Below are positions 45,022 through 45,871 of a DNA stretch of 45,871 bases, one piece after another. The notes under the pieces are model-generated. The model saw only the letters and a program-made list of their open reading frames with translations, did no database searches and had not been told where the DNA came from. Each line of letters begins with the position of its first letter. Within the stretch, counting starts at the first letter, position 1. Origin of the DNA: a virus (lineage: Duplodnaviria > Caudoviricetes); IMG/VR virus record IMGVR_UViG_3300048560_000066, positions 1 to 45,871 of that record; one strand, given 5' to 3'. The translations under genes and the position numbers were made by a program.

Positions 45022-45791
45022 CCCGAGTAGTCCCGCGCTTCCTCGAACGTCTGGAAGAAGTGAATCCCGCGCGTGCACTCGACGCGGATGTCATCGTCGT
45101 AGTCCTTCACGCGGACGACCTTCCCGACGGTGTAGAAGAAACCCACGTCGTGCATCGACCTGGCGGTCTTCGTCCGAAGCTTCCCCCCCTCGAGCGAGTA
45201 CACTCCGAGGACCTTCGCCGCCTCCGCTCGGCACTTCCGCCCGATGGGCGTCGCGGTGCGTTTGCCGCGGACCTCGAGCTTGAGGAGGACGTGCACACGG
45301 AACGGCCGGGCTGGGAACGCTTTCTTCCATACGACGAGCGGGCCCTCCCGGGGGAGCTGGAAGGCCGGGAGGTTCGCGCCCTGGAGGTACGCGCTTCGGA
45401 GGTCCGCGCCCTGGAGGTACGCGTCCTGGAGGTCCGCGCCCTGGAGGTTCGCGCCCTGGAGGTTCGCGCCCTGGAGGTTCGCGCCCTGGAGGTTCGCGCC
45501 CTGGAGGCCCGCGCCCTGGAGGTTCGCGCCCTGGAGGTACGCGCGCTGGAGGTCCGCGCCCTGGAGGTACGCGCCCTGGAGGTTCGCGCCCTGGAGGTTC
45601 GCGTCCCGGAGGTTCGCGTCCCGGAGGTACGCGCGCTGGAGGTTCGCGCCCCGGAGGAACGCGCGCTGGAGGTCCGCGCCCTGGAGGTTCGCGCGCTGGA
45701 GGTACGCGCGCTCGCCGCCCGCTTCCCCGCGCAAGTAGAGCGCATGCTTCGAGAGAACGACTTTCAACTCTTCAGCGGTGTATGTTTTCAT
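45018..45791 (-). CDS. Pentapeptide-repeat protein with DUF5758-like C-terminus (copy C, 22 repeats)
   Basis: Repeats 45378-45707; KCRAE...[22 protein letters not shown]. Confidence 0.9.
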   Translation of the reverse strand: MKTYTAEELKVVLSKHALYLRGEAGGERAYLQRANLQGADLQRAFLRGANLQRAYLRDANLRDANLQGANLQGAYLQGADLQRAYLQGANLQGAGLQGANLQGANLQGANLQGANLQGADLQDAYLQGADLRSAYLQGANLPAFQLPREGPLVVWKKAFPARPFRVHVLLKLEVRGKRTATPIGRKCRAEAAKVLGVYSLEGGKLRTKTARSMHDVGFFYTVGKVVRVKDYDDDIRVECTRGIHFFQTFEEARDYSG

Positions 45792-45871
45792 GGTTTCCTT
45801 TCAAATACAGCGTAACACATCCACTTCCGTTCCGCAACTCAACTCCGCAACTGCACCACTTTCCCCTCGAC
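45624..45871. repeat. Terminal overlap, right copy (matches 1-248)
   Basis: 246/248 identical by eye. Confidence 0.95.

Larger units (their letters stand above)
1..45871. mobile_element. Complete or near-complete tailed dsDNA phage genome, podovirus-like, circularly permuted
   Basis: TerL-portal-scaffold-capsid-adaptor-nozzle-ejection order on +, replication genes on -, terminal overlap, no host housekeeping genes, no tape measure or sheath recognised. Confidence 0.93.

Noticed and set aside
45378-45707. Diversity-generating retroelement: repeat codons vary as AAC/GAC/TAC/TTC/GGC, resembling adenine mutagenesis
   Set aside because: No reverse transcriptase or non-coding template repeat seen; the variation matches the normal A(D/N)Lxx pentapeptide consensus with C-ending codons.

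Overview
The window is an apparently complete, circularly permuted ~45.6-kb high-GC tailed phage genome. Bases 1-248 repeat 45624-45871 with two mismatches. It has two arms. The + strand arm (7782-30494) holds packaging and virion genes of podovirus type: TerS-like, GNAT-like, intein-containing TerL, portal, scaffold, major capsid, adaptor, nozzle, four ejection-type proteins and a membrane/lysis block. The - strand arm (30582 to the end, wrapping to ~6405) holds replication and early genes: primase-VirE helicase, family A polymerase, SF2 helicase, Cas4-like exonuclease, RuvC-like resolvase, metallophosphoesterase, dATP/dGTP diphosphohydrolase, a sigma70-region-4 protein, three tRNA-like genes and three pentapeptide-repeat paralogues. 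A repeat-rich non-coding region (6420-7745) separates the arms. No integrase, repressor, reverse transcriptase or clear endolysin was recognised. The host may be a myxobacterium (inference). Most striking: (1) a non-structural gene whose C-terminal half is a patchwork of two capsid-like segments and one portal-like segment, possibly an immune decoy; (2) a TerL intein whose HNH endonuclease is overprinted in another frame with its own apparent leaderless promoter; (3) aberrant tRNA bodies plus intergenic acceptor+T-arm minihelices; (4) three pentapeptide genes sharing a near-identical 5' cassette; (5) signal-peptide-bearing, Cys-rich proteins where tail fibres are expected. All calls come from motif recognition by eye; no searches were run.
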